Below are positions 10,980 through 22,155 of a stretch of 64,000 nucleotides of DNA, piece by piece. Both the position numbers and the translations under genes were made by a program. How positions within the stretch are numbered: the stretch's first letter is position 1; each line of letters starts with the position of its first letter. The notes under the pieces were generated by a model. That model was not told the DNA's origin, ran no database searches, and saw nothing but the letters and a program-made list of their open reading frames with translations. The DNA is taken from NCBI RefSeq assembly GCF_020745735.1, contig NC_083402.1, forward strand, positions 113,356,213 to 113,420,212. The letters run 5' to 3'. The DNA is from Hemiscyllium ocellatum. Taxonomy: Eukaryota.

Positions 10980-13385
10980 ATCTAAAAGTTGAAGTTCTAA
11001 ATTGGGGAAAGGCTAATTTTGATGGTATTAGGCAAGATAATTCAAAAGCTGATTGGGGGCAGATGTTCACAGGTAAAGGGACTACTGGAAAATGAGAAGT
11101 CTTCAGGAATGAGATAACGAGAATCCAGAGAAAATATATTCCTGTTAGGGTGAACAGAAAGGCTGGTAGGTGTAGGGAATGCTGGATGACTAAAAAAATT
11201 GAGGGTTTGGTTAAGAAAAAGTAGGAAGCATATGTAAGGTATAGACAGGATAGATCGAGTGAATCCTTAGAAAATTATAAAGGCAGTAGGAGTACACTTA
11301 ACAGGGAGATTAGGAGGGCAAAAAGGGGATATGAGATCGCTTTAAGGAGAATCCAAAGGGTTTTTCCAAATACATTAAGGAAAAAAGGGAAACTAGGGAG
11401 GGAATAGAGCCCCTCAAAGAGCAGCAAGGCGGTCTTTATATGGAGCTGCAGAAAATGGGGGTATTTTGCATCAGTATTTACTGTGGAAAAGGATATGGAA
11501 GATACAGAACGTAGGGAAATAGATGGTGACTGCTGAAAATGTGTTGCTGGTTAAAGCACAACAGGTTAGGCAGCATCCAAGGAACAGGAAATTCGACGTT
11601 TCGGGCCAGAGCCCTTCAACAGGAATCGTTGTTTCGGCTCTGGCCCGAAACGTCGAATTTCCTGTTCCTTGGATGCTGCCTAACCTGCCGTGCTTTAACC
11701 AGCAACACATTTTCAGCTCTGATCTCCAGCATCTGCAGACCTCACTTTTTACTCTACAAATAAATGGTGACACCTTGCAAAATGTCCATATTACAAAGGA
11801 GGAAGTGCTGGATGTCTTGATACGCATAACGATGGATAAAGCCCCAGGACTTGATCAGGTGTACCCTAGAACTCTGGGAAGCTAGAGAAGTGATTGATGG
11901 GCCTCTTTCTGAGATATTTGTATCATCGCAGATGAGGTGCAGGAAGACTGGAGGTTGGCTAATGTGGTGCCACTGTTTAAGAAGGGTGGTATGGACAAGC
12001 CAGGGAACTATAGACCAGTGAGCCTGACGTCGGTGGTGGACAAGTTGTTGGAAGGAATCCTGAGGGACAGGATATACATGTATTTGGAAAGGCAAGGACT
12101 GATTATGGATAGTCAATATGGCTTTGTGCATGGGAAATCATGTCTCACAAACTTGATTGAGTTTTTTTGAAGAAGTAACAAAGAGGATTAATGAGATCAG
12201 AGCAGTAGATGTGATCTACATGGACTTCAGTAAGGTGTTCGACAAGGTTCCCATAGGAAATCGGTTAGCAAGGTGAGATCTCATGGAATGCAGGGAGAAC
12301 TAGGCAATTGGATACAGAACTGGCTCAAAGATAGAAGACAGAGAATGGTGGCGAAGGGTTGTTTTTCAGACTGGAGGCCTGTGACCAGTGGGTGCCACAA
12401 AGTTCAGTGCTGGGTCCAGTACTTTATCTCATTTACATAAATGATTTGGATGTGAGCATAAGAGGTACAGTTAGTAAGTTTGCAGATGACACCAAAATTG
12501 GAGAAGTAGTGGACAGCAAAGAGGGTTACTTCAGATTACAACAGGATCTTGACCAGATGGGCCAATGGGTGAGAAGTGGCAGATGGAGGTTAATTCAGAT
12601 AAATGTAAGTTGCTACATTTTGGCAAAGCAAATCTAAGCAGGACTTATACACTTTATAGTAATATCCTAGGGAGTGTTGCTGAACAAAGAGACCTTGGAG
12701 TGCAGGTTCATAGCTTCTTGAAAATGGAGTTGCAGGTAGATAGGATAGTGAAGAAGGCGTTTGGTCTGCTTTCTTTTATTGGTTAGAGTATTGAGTACAG
12801 GAGTTGGGAGGTCATGTTGCGGCTGTACAGGACATTGGTTAGGCCACTGTTGGAATATTACGTGCAATTATGGTCTCCTTACTATCAGAAATATGTCATG
12901 AAGCTTGCAAGGGTTCAGAAAAGATTTAGAAGGATGTTGTGAGAGTTGGAGGATATAGGGAGAGGCTGAACAGGCTGGGGCTGTTTTCCCTGGAGCATTG
13001 AAGGTTGATGACCTTATAGCAGTTTACAAAGTCATGAGGTGCATGGACAGGATAAATAGACAAAGTCTTTTCCCTGGGGTCAGGGAGTCCAGAACTAGAA
13101 GGCATAGGTTTAGGGTGAGAGGAGAAAGATATAAAAGAGACCTATGGGGCAACGTTTTTACACAGGTGGTGTACATGTATGGAATGAGCTGCCAGAGGGA
13201 GTGGTGGAGGCTGGTACAATTGTAGCATTTAAGAGACATTTGGATGGGTATATGAATAGGAAGGGTTTGGAGGGATATGGGCCAGGTACTGGCAGGTGGG
13301 ACTAGATTGGGTTGGGATATCTGGCCGGCATGGACGGGTTGGACCAAAGGGTATGTTTCCATGCTGTACATCTCTATGATTCTAC
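10980..13385 (+). mobile_element. 5'-truncated CR1 (HER1-like) LINE, ORF2 disrupted
   Basis: DWRLANVVPLFKKG..PGNYRPVSLTSVV, QYGFVHGKSCLTNLIEFF, VPQSSVLGP..YINDLD..SKFADDTK, then 3' UTR and ctatgattcta tail. Confidence 0.95.
11531..11757. mobile_element. Palindromic Penelope-derived mini-element inserted in the CR1, 14-bp TSD
   Basis: 82-bp inverted arms 11532-11613 and 11636-11717 (2 mismatches); TSD AAATA(G/A)ATGGTGAC at 11517-11530 and 11758-11771. Confidence 0.9.
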
Positions 13386-15462
13386 GACAAAGTGGTTTTT
13401 TAATTACATGTGGAAAGTCCTTGACACTGGTCCAACTCACTCAGAGCCAACTCAGCACATCAGAAGATCTGACACTCTTTTTTTTTAATCTGTCACCTGG
13501 GCTCCCTGATTGATCCAGATTAACAGCCCCAAAAGGGAACTGATATTTTATGAGGTCCACCTGGCTGACTTTGTTACAGTCAATGCAACAGGGCAGATAA
13601 ATATAAACTGTTTAAACTGGTTGGAGATTCTAGAACTGGGCGCATGGTCTCCAACTTAGGGCTTGGCCATTCAGGCAACACATTAGGATGCACTTCTCTA
13701 CATTTGAAACTCTCTTCCACAAGTGATAGTTTATGCTAGATCAGTTGTTAATTTTGAACCTAAGATCGATACATTTTTTTGATAAGCAAAGGTATTAAGA
13801 CATATAGCCCAGAGCCATGTGTTGCAAATGGAACAAGTGATAAGAGAGCAAACACTTCTCACATCAAATAATTGGAATATGGAATGGATTGCTCGAAATT
13901 GGCTGGAGGCAAGTTAATTTAAGACATTCAAGACGGCATTGGACAATTAATTTGGATGTGCAAGAATGTGGGAAAAAAGCAGTCGATTGCATAAGGTCAT
14001 AATGCCAATTCAAAGGTCAAATGCTGTCATGACAGACTGAATGGTCTCCTACTGCACCGCAACATTTTGGGATTCTTTTGTGAACTCATGTCAGCTTAGA
14101 ATATTATCTGTGGATTTTATTCATCTCAAACAACATCAAAACTCTGACAAATACTTTGACAAGTGCTATTGCATCCCTATCAAAGGGGGAAATCTGCTGC
14201 CATTCCCTCTGACATCTGAGCAGAACAAATTTTGTAGCAACAAGACAAATACTTTGTATTCAACTCACATTCCAACATCTGCTCTGACTTGTAATATTTC
14301 TAAACTTTGCTTTCACTATGATTCCAACTGCAGTTCAAACTCATTAATAGTAAAACCTTCATAGCATACTCACAAAATAGCCTCAATGGTTTCTATAAGA
14401 ATAGACATAAAGGGTGCATATGCGCTTCGGATACTAGATGTGCTCGCTGTCTGTGAGTTTTACTGAAAGCTGTGGTGTTACTATTCTTTCAGAAATGATT
14501 TTATGAGGTGAAAATAACAAACACTATCACACCTGTAATATTATTCAATGATCTGAAGATCCACGAAAGTGAAACTAATAATGCTGTAGAATTAACCTGA
14601 CTATTTAGACAGTGTTTTCAGCCTGTTCACTTGGGGGCAAGCAAAATTCATAAAGCATAAACTGAATTTGTATTGGGTGAAAAGACTTTCAGAATCGAGG
14701 AGATGCATCAACCTATTTGCTTTCTAAACTCTTAACAACTATAAGTGATGTGCACCATGATAATTGCTGTAGTTCAATTTTTCACAATCCATGACTTACA
14801 AACTATTTTAATGCATTCCATTGTGCATTGTATTAGACACAACTGGAAGAATTGGTTAATAGAATAAAGCAGCAAAACATTGGTTCAAACCATATTTCAG
14901 TATGCTATCCATGAACTGCACTATAGTCAACTACAACCATTAACCCGTGATGCAGTTGGGAAGAGTGATAGTTATCCAGGACCAATGGGTTATTAGAGCA
15001 AGTAACAGGCAGAAAGTTTTTGATACATAAGCATTATTGCATTCTCCTGCCAAATGCAACAACTTTCATATTTTGCCATCAGTTTACTCTTCAAAATAAG
15101 CACTGTGGAGGATTTCAAAGTAGTATTTTAAATCTGTGACGTAAGTAATCAATTTCTAAAAGCCAGCCTTCCAGTAACCTTAAATCTGGAGGTTTTCTCT
15201 CTTGCTCAGAATACAATAAATTAAGATTCAAACAAGACACATTGTTTCCTAACTGCAAAGACTTTAGATGCTAGATAGATTTTGTTTCAAATGTAGCTTC
15301 TCATTCACATATTTTTCCCCTTCATTGGTAAATTCATGATAAAAGATAAATCAGTTGCATGTTCTTGGGAGAATACAAAAATCATCTCCTATGTCATTTT
15401 GTCCTGAGGTTGCACAAATGTCTCTTGAAATGTATGTACAATGTACATAGTTTTCTTCTATA

Positions 15463-16036
15463 TGTGAGAAATGAAGCTCACTGTCAAATTATTTTAGTCA
15501 GAGTCAAATTCCGAAGCAGCTTTTATTCATACGTTCTTGCAAAACCGGGTAACCCAAAGTAGGCACACCCAAGAATAAGATTAGCACATTTTTATACAGT
15601 TTCTTTGAATCTCTCGGTTCTTCCCCTTTTACTTTATTGGCTTAGCATGCAAAGCGTCAAACTTATCACAAATATCCGTAACTCTCCGCCCTTGTTTACT
15701 TCTCCACTTACACTTTCTTCAGTGCCCCTTACCCATGTTTATTTCTTGTCTTATTGGTTTCCCTTATCCTATCCAGTTCCTTGTTCATGACAAAGTGTAG
15801 CTGCTTAGTCTAACCGTTTTACCACATCCCTCAGTGGTCTACCGTTAGCATGCATCCCCCTTCACTGCTAACTGAGTATTATGACTTCTGCGTACGTGAC
15901 TTCTGCATTATGGCTTTTGCTAAAGCAACACTTCCTCCCCTGATAGCCCATAAACTTCTGAGTATGTGACTTCTGCACCCACAAAATTCTGAGTGTGTGG
16001 TTTCTGCAGAAACAATGCTTACGCACATCTTCCACA
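15463..16036 (-). repeat. ERV 3' LTR (574 bp)
   Basis: Direct repeat of 21644-22155; minus strand has CCAAT, TATAAAA and AATAAA in U3-R order; preceded by the PPT. Confidence 0.95.
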
Positions 16037-16053
16037 AATACACCCTTTTCTTT
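16037..16053 (-). promoter_or_regulatory. Polypurine tract (PPT)
   Basis: AAAGAAAAGGGTGTATT immediately before the TG of the 3' LTR on the minus strand. Confidence 0.8.
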
Positions 16054-16057
16054 GAGG

Positions 16058-17986
16058 CTAATAATTGTTGTCTTCTGTACATCCCTCATAGGCCGCCTCC
16101 AAGTTTGTCAGCAGCATCCCTGAGATCTCATCTATCTTGGAAACTTCTTCAAGATCACTCATCCCCTTATTGTTCAATGGGTAAAGTTCTTCTCGCTAAC
16201 TACCTGTTTGGGGCATTTGGTTAGTCAGGGCCGTTTCAATCAGCTGCTGGATTAGTACCCGTGCACAAGGTATGATGCAACATCCTATAGTTATCAGCAT
16301 GTCAGCAACAACTATCAAGGAGGTGAGTATGGAGACCACTATACCTTTCCATTTCCCAAACCATGATTCCAGCCACCCAGCGAGCAATGCATCTACCCCT
16401 GAATTCTCAGCCAAATTCTCTGCTAAGGTAGTCAGTCCCCACAGGGCTCAAGTGATTGAACCGTCAGGTGCTGTGTTATTTGGAATAAAGATACAACAGC
16501 ATCCTCATAACATCATGCACACACCCCCTTTCTCGGTTAAGATCATGTCGAAGGCCAATCTGTTCTCCCAAGCCATTTTTCTGGTTGCATCGAGCTGCTC
16601 TGCTATACCTTTGACTGCGTCCCTAGTGTAGTTAATGAACCTCTGTTGATTATAGAAAATATAGTTTATCCAATCCACATTCTTGTTGACCATTACCCAA
16701 CAGAAGAGAGTCGACTCAAAGCCTGCTGCAAACTGGTTGCGAGCATCCAACTCATCCAGCACCCCTCTAGGAACTCCTATAGAGTCTAGATATATCTGAT
16801 CATCAAAAGGCGTATCCAATATGATCTTTTACTCTGACTCCCTTTTGTCACAATCCTTTCCTTTTCAAATGCCAAGGTGAATGGGATTGCCAATTGCACA
16901 ATTGCACGTATACCTCCCCAATGTGGAGGTAGGGTGGGTCTCAGTATTCTCCCTCCACAGTACCACCACAGATCCACTCGGGGAACCTGCAGCTCTAAGT
17001 AGTTCCCTCCCTTGTCTACTCTGGTCACATTTTCAATTTCGATACATGATTTCAGCTCTCCCAAGCCTCTGAACTGATTCAGACCTTGTCTGCTAACACA
17101 CAACGTGTGATTGCTTGCCAGGGTCAAAAACGTGGGGGGGATCTTTAAATCTGCCTTCTCCAAGGGAGGGAACATTAGTGATAGGGAAATACCATTCCCA
17201 TTATTCCATGCAGTCTTATCCTGATACAGGGCTATCATATATTCCATGCCGTTCCTGTCTCGCTGCCACCTGAGTGGAAAGGGAACTACCCAGGCCACTG
17301 GTCTACAGGAGGCACATGCATAGCAATTGCTTTTGTTCAGACTTCTCACAGTGTATTTTACCCATTCAAGCCAGGCATTTATATCCCCATAGCCAGTTTC
17401 TACTTTGATGTTCTGTTTTCAGTCCTTCACTTCTACAATTTGTACCACCTTAGGGTCGTTGGGAGGGGCAAAGGATATACCTGTGGCATCTGAGTGCTCT
17501 TTTCATTCACTTCGATTAGCCACTTCTCTTTGCCCACCTGTATGCGGAAACAACAGCCTGAGAAATCCTTCCCATTTGCTTTCATCTCTATCCCAAATGT
17601 TTCATTTGATTGTACCTGTTAGGTGTCTCCACCCAGAACCGTTTCGTGCCATGTGGTTTTCTTTATCGTGAAGTATATTGGGTTACACTTTTTATCGGGA
17701 CACTCAAGAGCTGGCCAGAAGGGGCCCCAGTGTACTGTGACAAGTGGTTAATCCAAGTACCACGCCCAAGGCCAACCCCTTAGGACTTAAGATGTACCTC
17801 TGAGTAGCTGTACTGCCTCTGATTTTCTACATTTCCATGATCAACTAGGCTGCAGGCATCGGTATCTATTACTTGCGGATTAGCACTCTCTGGGACCATT
17901 ACTACCAAGTAACAGGACCACACCATGGTTCGACAAAATCGTAAGACTAAGAGAGCTAAGATTGTATACGGAAGTATCCACCTCAT
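16058..17986 (-). pseudogene. env: Retroviral envelope glycoprotein (gamma-type SU-TM), disrupted
   Basis: Hydrophobic N-terminus MRWILPYTILALLVL; CXXC in NCYAC; WWYCG; basic site SKRS; ISD-like WENRLAFDMILTEKGGVC followed by a CX6CC-type motif; TM helix GIVVSILTSLIVV; spread over several ORF pieces. Confidence 0.93.
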
Positions 17987-18065
17987 TCCAAAAATAGTGC
18001 TAAATCACCGAGAGACTTAATATACAATCTTACAGAAATAATCCCATGCTCGCATCGCCATTTAT

Positions 18066-19509
18066 AATCAGTTCCTCAAAGTCTCTTTAGCCTGGTTCTT
18101 TCGTTGATTCAGCTGTCCAGACTTTTTTCTCAACCGGAGACTCCACTGGTCCCTTAACTCTGGTCCAACCTTTCTCCGCCGTCCTTATCGCCCTTCCCAA
18201 TTGGGTTGTAATTTAGTCTCTGTCCGTGTCTTCACAAGGACCCAATCTCCTGGCCGGATTGGATGAATGGCAAAATCGAGAGATGGAGTCTGTGCGAGTA
18301 AACCCTGTCTCCTGAGAAAAAACAAAGAGGAGGACAGGCCCAGTATATGCTTTCTTAAGAACAAGTCCTTAGTCTCAGGGATTGGCAGTCCCCCTGTCAT
18401 TCCCAAGTATAGCAGCCCAAACAATATTTCATAAGGAGACAGACCCAAATCTTTCCTCAGAGCTGTTCGCATTCATTGGAGTTCTATCAGCAAACATCGG
18501 GTCCAAGGGAGTCTGGTCTCTAATACCAATTTGGACAACTGTCTTTTAAGAGTTTGGTTCATCTGCTCAACCCTCCCTGAAGAAGGGGAGTGCCAGGGGA
18601 TGTGAAAATCCCAGGAGATTTCCAAACTTTGCATTAATCCCTGGAGCACCTTAGAGGTGAAGTGGCTTCCCTGGTCTGAGTCTATACACTCCACTATCCC
18701 ATCTGCTCAAGAATGATCTTAGACACCCCACTTGCTGTGGCTGCAGCTAGGAGATATGCTTCCACCCAACCGGATACATGGTCTACTATAACCAACATGG
18801 AGTTTAGCCTTCCGACCCGGGGCAATTCCGTGTAATCCACCTGTATGCTCTGGAATGGTCTTAGCCCAGGGTCTTCCTCCTGGGACCTGTTTATTTTGTA
18901 CCTTCTTGTTTATCTTCTTACATGTTATACAGCCTTCACATATCTGTTTGGCAATTGTGTATATGCCTTTACATCCATATTTCCTAAGAACCAAATCACA
19001 CATTGTCTGCACTCCCCAATGACTCCCCTGATGTAGGACAGCCATTATTTCTCACACCAGCATCTTAGATAACATCTCCCAACCATCGGGTAGCACCCAG
19101 TTCCCTTCTATCTTTTTTATAGCCCCTAGTTTCTCCAACTCCTTCTCTTCCCTAGCACTAAATAGTGGTCTCCCCATAGGTTCCTGTATTGTCGGGATCC
19201 AGGTAAATATTGGGGTGACCTGTGGGTTCAGAGCTGCCTCCTTAGCGGCTTCATCTGCCAACCTATTTTCCCTTATCTTGAGATCATCTCCCCTCTGGTG
19301 ACCGTTAATGTGGACTATGGCCATCTCCTTTGGCAACAAAAGGGATTCCAAGACTTGCTGAACTAATACCTCATGAGCCAGTTCTTTACCTCTACTGTTT
19401 ACCATTCCTCTCTCCTGCCATATTTTCCCAAATGTGTGTGCCACCCCGAAGGCATACTTAGAATCTGTGTAGATAGTTCCTTCCTTCCCTTCCAAGGCCT
19501 TCAGAGTGC
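18066..19509 (-). pseudogene. pol: pol 3' part: C-terminal half of RNase H and integrase, disrupted
   Basis: TIYTDSKYAFGVAH, HINGHQ..NRLADEAAK (RNase H); HQGSHWG..CEGCITC (HHCC); IDSDQGSHF, SSGRVEQMNQTLK, GLSPYEILFG, LQPNWEG (integrase). Confidence 0.95.
18311..18340 (-). promoter_or_regulatory. Candidate env splice acceptor
   Basis: Minus strand cctgtcctcctctttgttttttctcag|G inside the integrase region upstream of env, the usual position for class I ERVs. Confidence 0.55.
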
Positions 19510-19966
19510 CTGTTTCAAGCCGATCTTGAGAGGGGGAATCTGCAATCCCCCTCGATTGCCTGCCCGTGCCCATACTGTGGGGTCTATTTGTTTTTCCTGT
19601 TCCTCAGTCAAAAGAGCCATTTTTACTACTAGTTGTCAGTCGCTCACCACGATCCCTAGTCCTAATAGTATAATTAAGTTCCTTCCTAACAAACTACTTC
19701 CAATGTCTGTAATGTAAAACAATTGTCCCTCTATTTTTCCTTCCTCACTTTCAATCATCATAGGTTCAAATACAGAGACTGTAAATCCTTCCCCCTTTAC
19801 ACCGGACATTGTTATCTGTTGTTTGGTAAATTGTACTCCTTTGGGTATAAATTTAAGGATGATCGTGCTGCCCCCATATCTGCTAAGAAAACTGTATCCT
19901 CTGCATGCGGTCCCACCTTATCAAGGGTTCCTGGTGGGTCCCTGGGGGCAGGAACCCCTGACGGCC
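19510..19966 (-). pseudogene. pro: Retroviral aspartic protease and first residues of RT, disrupted
   Basis: GRQGFLPPGTHQEPLI..VGPHAEDTVFLADMGAARSS (catalytic DTG decayed to DMG), LLGRNL, then VWARAGNRGGLQIPPLKIGLKQ. Confidence 0.85.
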
Positions 19967-19969
19967 CTA
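19912..19969 (-). promoter_or_regulatory. gag amber stop with read-through stem/pseudoknot
   Basis: TAG, 8-nt spacer GGCCGTCA, stem GGGTTCCTG/CAGGAACCC; loop CCCAC is complementary to downstream GTGGG. Confidence 0.75.
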
Positions 19970-21330
19970 TTCTTCATCAAAGTTCATAAGCGGTATTGTC
20001 CTCTCTTCCCTTTTCAGATTCAGACACACTAGCTTAAAGTGACCTGTCTTTCCACAGTAATAACATCTAGCTTGTGGGGATTTCCAATCCCTGTCCCTGT
20101 CGACTGGACCCCCTACTGGGTCCTCCTCGTTCTCTTCCCCTATCTCTATTTTCAACATGCTGCCAGCCACCACTCCAGATGCTTACTATCGGTTCCACTC
20201 TTTTCTTGACTACCTCATCAACTGTGGCCACCATCATTTTCGCCTTCTGTTTTTACTTCTCATCCTCTCTCTTTAAAAACACTTTCTGTGCCTCTCTTAA
20301 TAATTCATCCAATGATTTCTCACTCCTTCCCTCTATTTTCTGTATTTTCTTTTGGATATCCGGCCATGCCTTAGTCACAAAATGTACTTTGAGGAGGCCC
20401 TGAGCAACTGGATCCTCAGGATTCATACCTGAAATACTTTCTCATTGAGTCCTGCAGACTCTGTATAAATGCTGAGGGAGTCTCATCTTTCTCTTGTCGG
20501 ACCACAAACACCTTTGTTAAATTTTGAGATTTTTAGGGATCATTTCTCTAATTCCTTTTATAATGAAGTCTTTGTGGTCTTTCATCTGTGGTCGGTGATC
20601 TAGATTATTGTTCCCCCATCCTGGGTCCATAATGGGAAACTTCTGTTCAGCTAGTATGACTCCCACCCCGAAGGGGGGTGGGGTGGGATGTTCTCGTTCC
20701 CACAATTGCATAGCTGCCCCCCAATCATTCCCCTCTTTTCTCCTGTGAAAAGAATATTCAAAATAGACATCAATTCCATCCAAGTGTACGAACTGGGACC
20801 TAGGAATTGATTCACTTATTCAGAAAGACCATCAGGATTTCAGTAAGGGATTTTGTTTCCTTCTTAAAGGTCCTAACCTCTCCGCTCGTCAAAGGGGCGC
20901 TCACAAAGTCAATCTCGCCCATTCCTATGGGGACTTCTCTTAAAGGATATTGATTTGTCTCGGGGTTAGAGTTCAGGAGCAGATTTTTTTTAATCTAATA
21001 ATTTTCATGCTATATAAATGTGTGTCTCGACTGCCCTGCCAGTAGGAGGCATAGTCGGACTCCTCTTTACTGGAAGGTTGTTTTTCATTAACATATAACT
21101 TCAACAATTGACAGACCCAACATATAACTTCAACTATATTCTCTTTGGTCCAAACAAAACAACAATATTTTATCATAGTTTTCTCATCATTTTCCCTTGT
21201 ACAAGAATTATGTTTCCAATTCCTGAACATCCATCCCAAAGGACTTTCCAGAGGGATGCTTTCCCGGGACTTCTTTACCCTTTTTCCCAGGCGCCTTATT
21301 TTACTTCCTCTGAGGCTCACTGCTTCCCAT
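19967..21330 (-). pseudogene. gag: Retroviral Gag, disrupted
   Basis: ATG-GGA start (MGSS, myristoylation-like) at 21330; matrix IPLESPLGWM..MIKYCCFVW; capsid pieces; zinc knuckle CYYCGKTGHFKLVC; ends PLMNFDEE*. Confidence 0.93.
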
Positions 21331-21406
21331 TGTGTTTAACCTGTCAGTCCCTCAATTTGACAGGTATCACATCCCCAGTCACCAAGTAATACTTAAAAGT
21401 CTCTTT

Positions 21407-21415
21407 TCTTACCTT
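21407..21415 (-). promoter_or_regulatory. Candidate major splice donor in the ERV leader
   Basis: AAG|GTAAGA on the minus strand between the PBS and the gag start. Confidence 0.55.
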
Positions 21416-21623
21416 GGTCCGTGTACGGAGTTGTCTGACTGTAGCTGTGCCTACTATTCCGCGTCTGCCTTATTTTCCTGCCCTGGTTCGGAATGACTCC
21501 CAGAGGATACTCGTCAGTCGACTGGATGGGGCATTCACCTACGAAAGACACAGGACCATTCTAAAAGGAACGGGGCGCGTTTTCCCAGTTGTCGACGGTG
21601 ACCACTCCGTCGGTGATGGCAGT

Positions 21624-21641
21624 ATCCCGGACAAGCCCCCA
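21624..21641 (-). promoter_or_regulatory. Primer binding site, tRNA-Pro
   Basis: TGGGGGCTTGTCCGGGAT, a 17/18 match to the MLV-type PBS-Pro TGGGGGCTCGTCCGGGAT, 2 nt after the 5' LTR. Confidence 0.93.
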
Positions 21642-21643
21642 AG

Positions 21644-22155
21644 TGTGAGAAACGAAGCTCACTGCCAAATAATTTTAGTCAGAGTCAAATTCCGAAACAG
21701 CTTTTATTCATACATTCTTGCAAGACTGGGTAACCCAAAGTAGGCACACACCAGAATAAGATTAGCACATTTTTATACAGTTTCTTTGAGTCTCTCAGTT
21801 CTTCCCCTTTTACGTTATTGGCTTAGCATGCAAAACTTCAAACCTATCACAAATATTTGTAACTCTCCGCCCTTGTTTACTTTTCCCCTTACTCTTTCTT
21901 CAACACCCTTTACCCATGTTTATTTCTTGCCTTGTTGGTTTCCCTTATCCTATCCAGTTCCTTGTTCATGACAAAGTGTAGCTGTTTAGTCTAACCGTTT
22001 TGCCACATCCCTCAGTGGTCTACCGTTAGCGTGCATCCCCCTTCACTGCTAACTGAGTATTATGACTTCTGCGTACGTGACTTCCTCCCATGATAGCCCA
22101 CAAACTTCTGAGTATGTGACTTCTGCAGAAGCAACACTTCCACACATCTTCCACA
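21644..22155 (-). repeat. ERV 5' LTR (512 bp)
   Basis: Direct repeat of 15463-16036 lacking two 31-bp U3 blocks; followed by the PBS. Confidence 0.95.

Larger units (their letters stand above)
15463..22155 (-). mobile_element. Class I (gamma/epsilon-like, HERV-I/IP-related) endogenous provirus, RT-deleted
   Basis: Two TG...CA LTRs (about 93% identical by hand count), PBS-Pro, PPT, order gag-pro-(RT start)-RNaseH-IN-env; flanks TATA/CATA are a probable 4-bp TSD with 1 mismatch. Confidence 0.97.

Noticed and set aside
11471-11885. ORFs with the repeated peptide MCCWLKH..SIQG.GN.TFRA (also at 5326-5748)
   Set aside because: Translations of the non-coding Penelope terminus on both arms of the hairpin.
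16058-17986. Possible domesticated syncytin-like env
   Set aside because: Env has several stops and frameshifts and is no better preserved than gag or pol.
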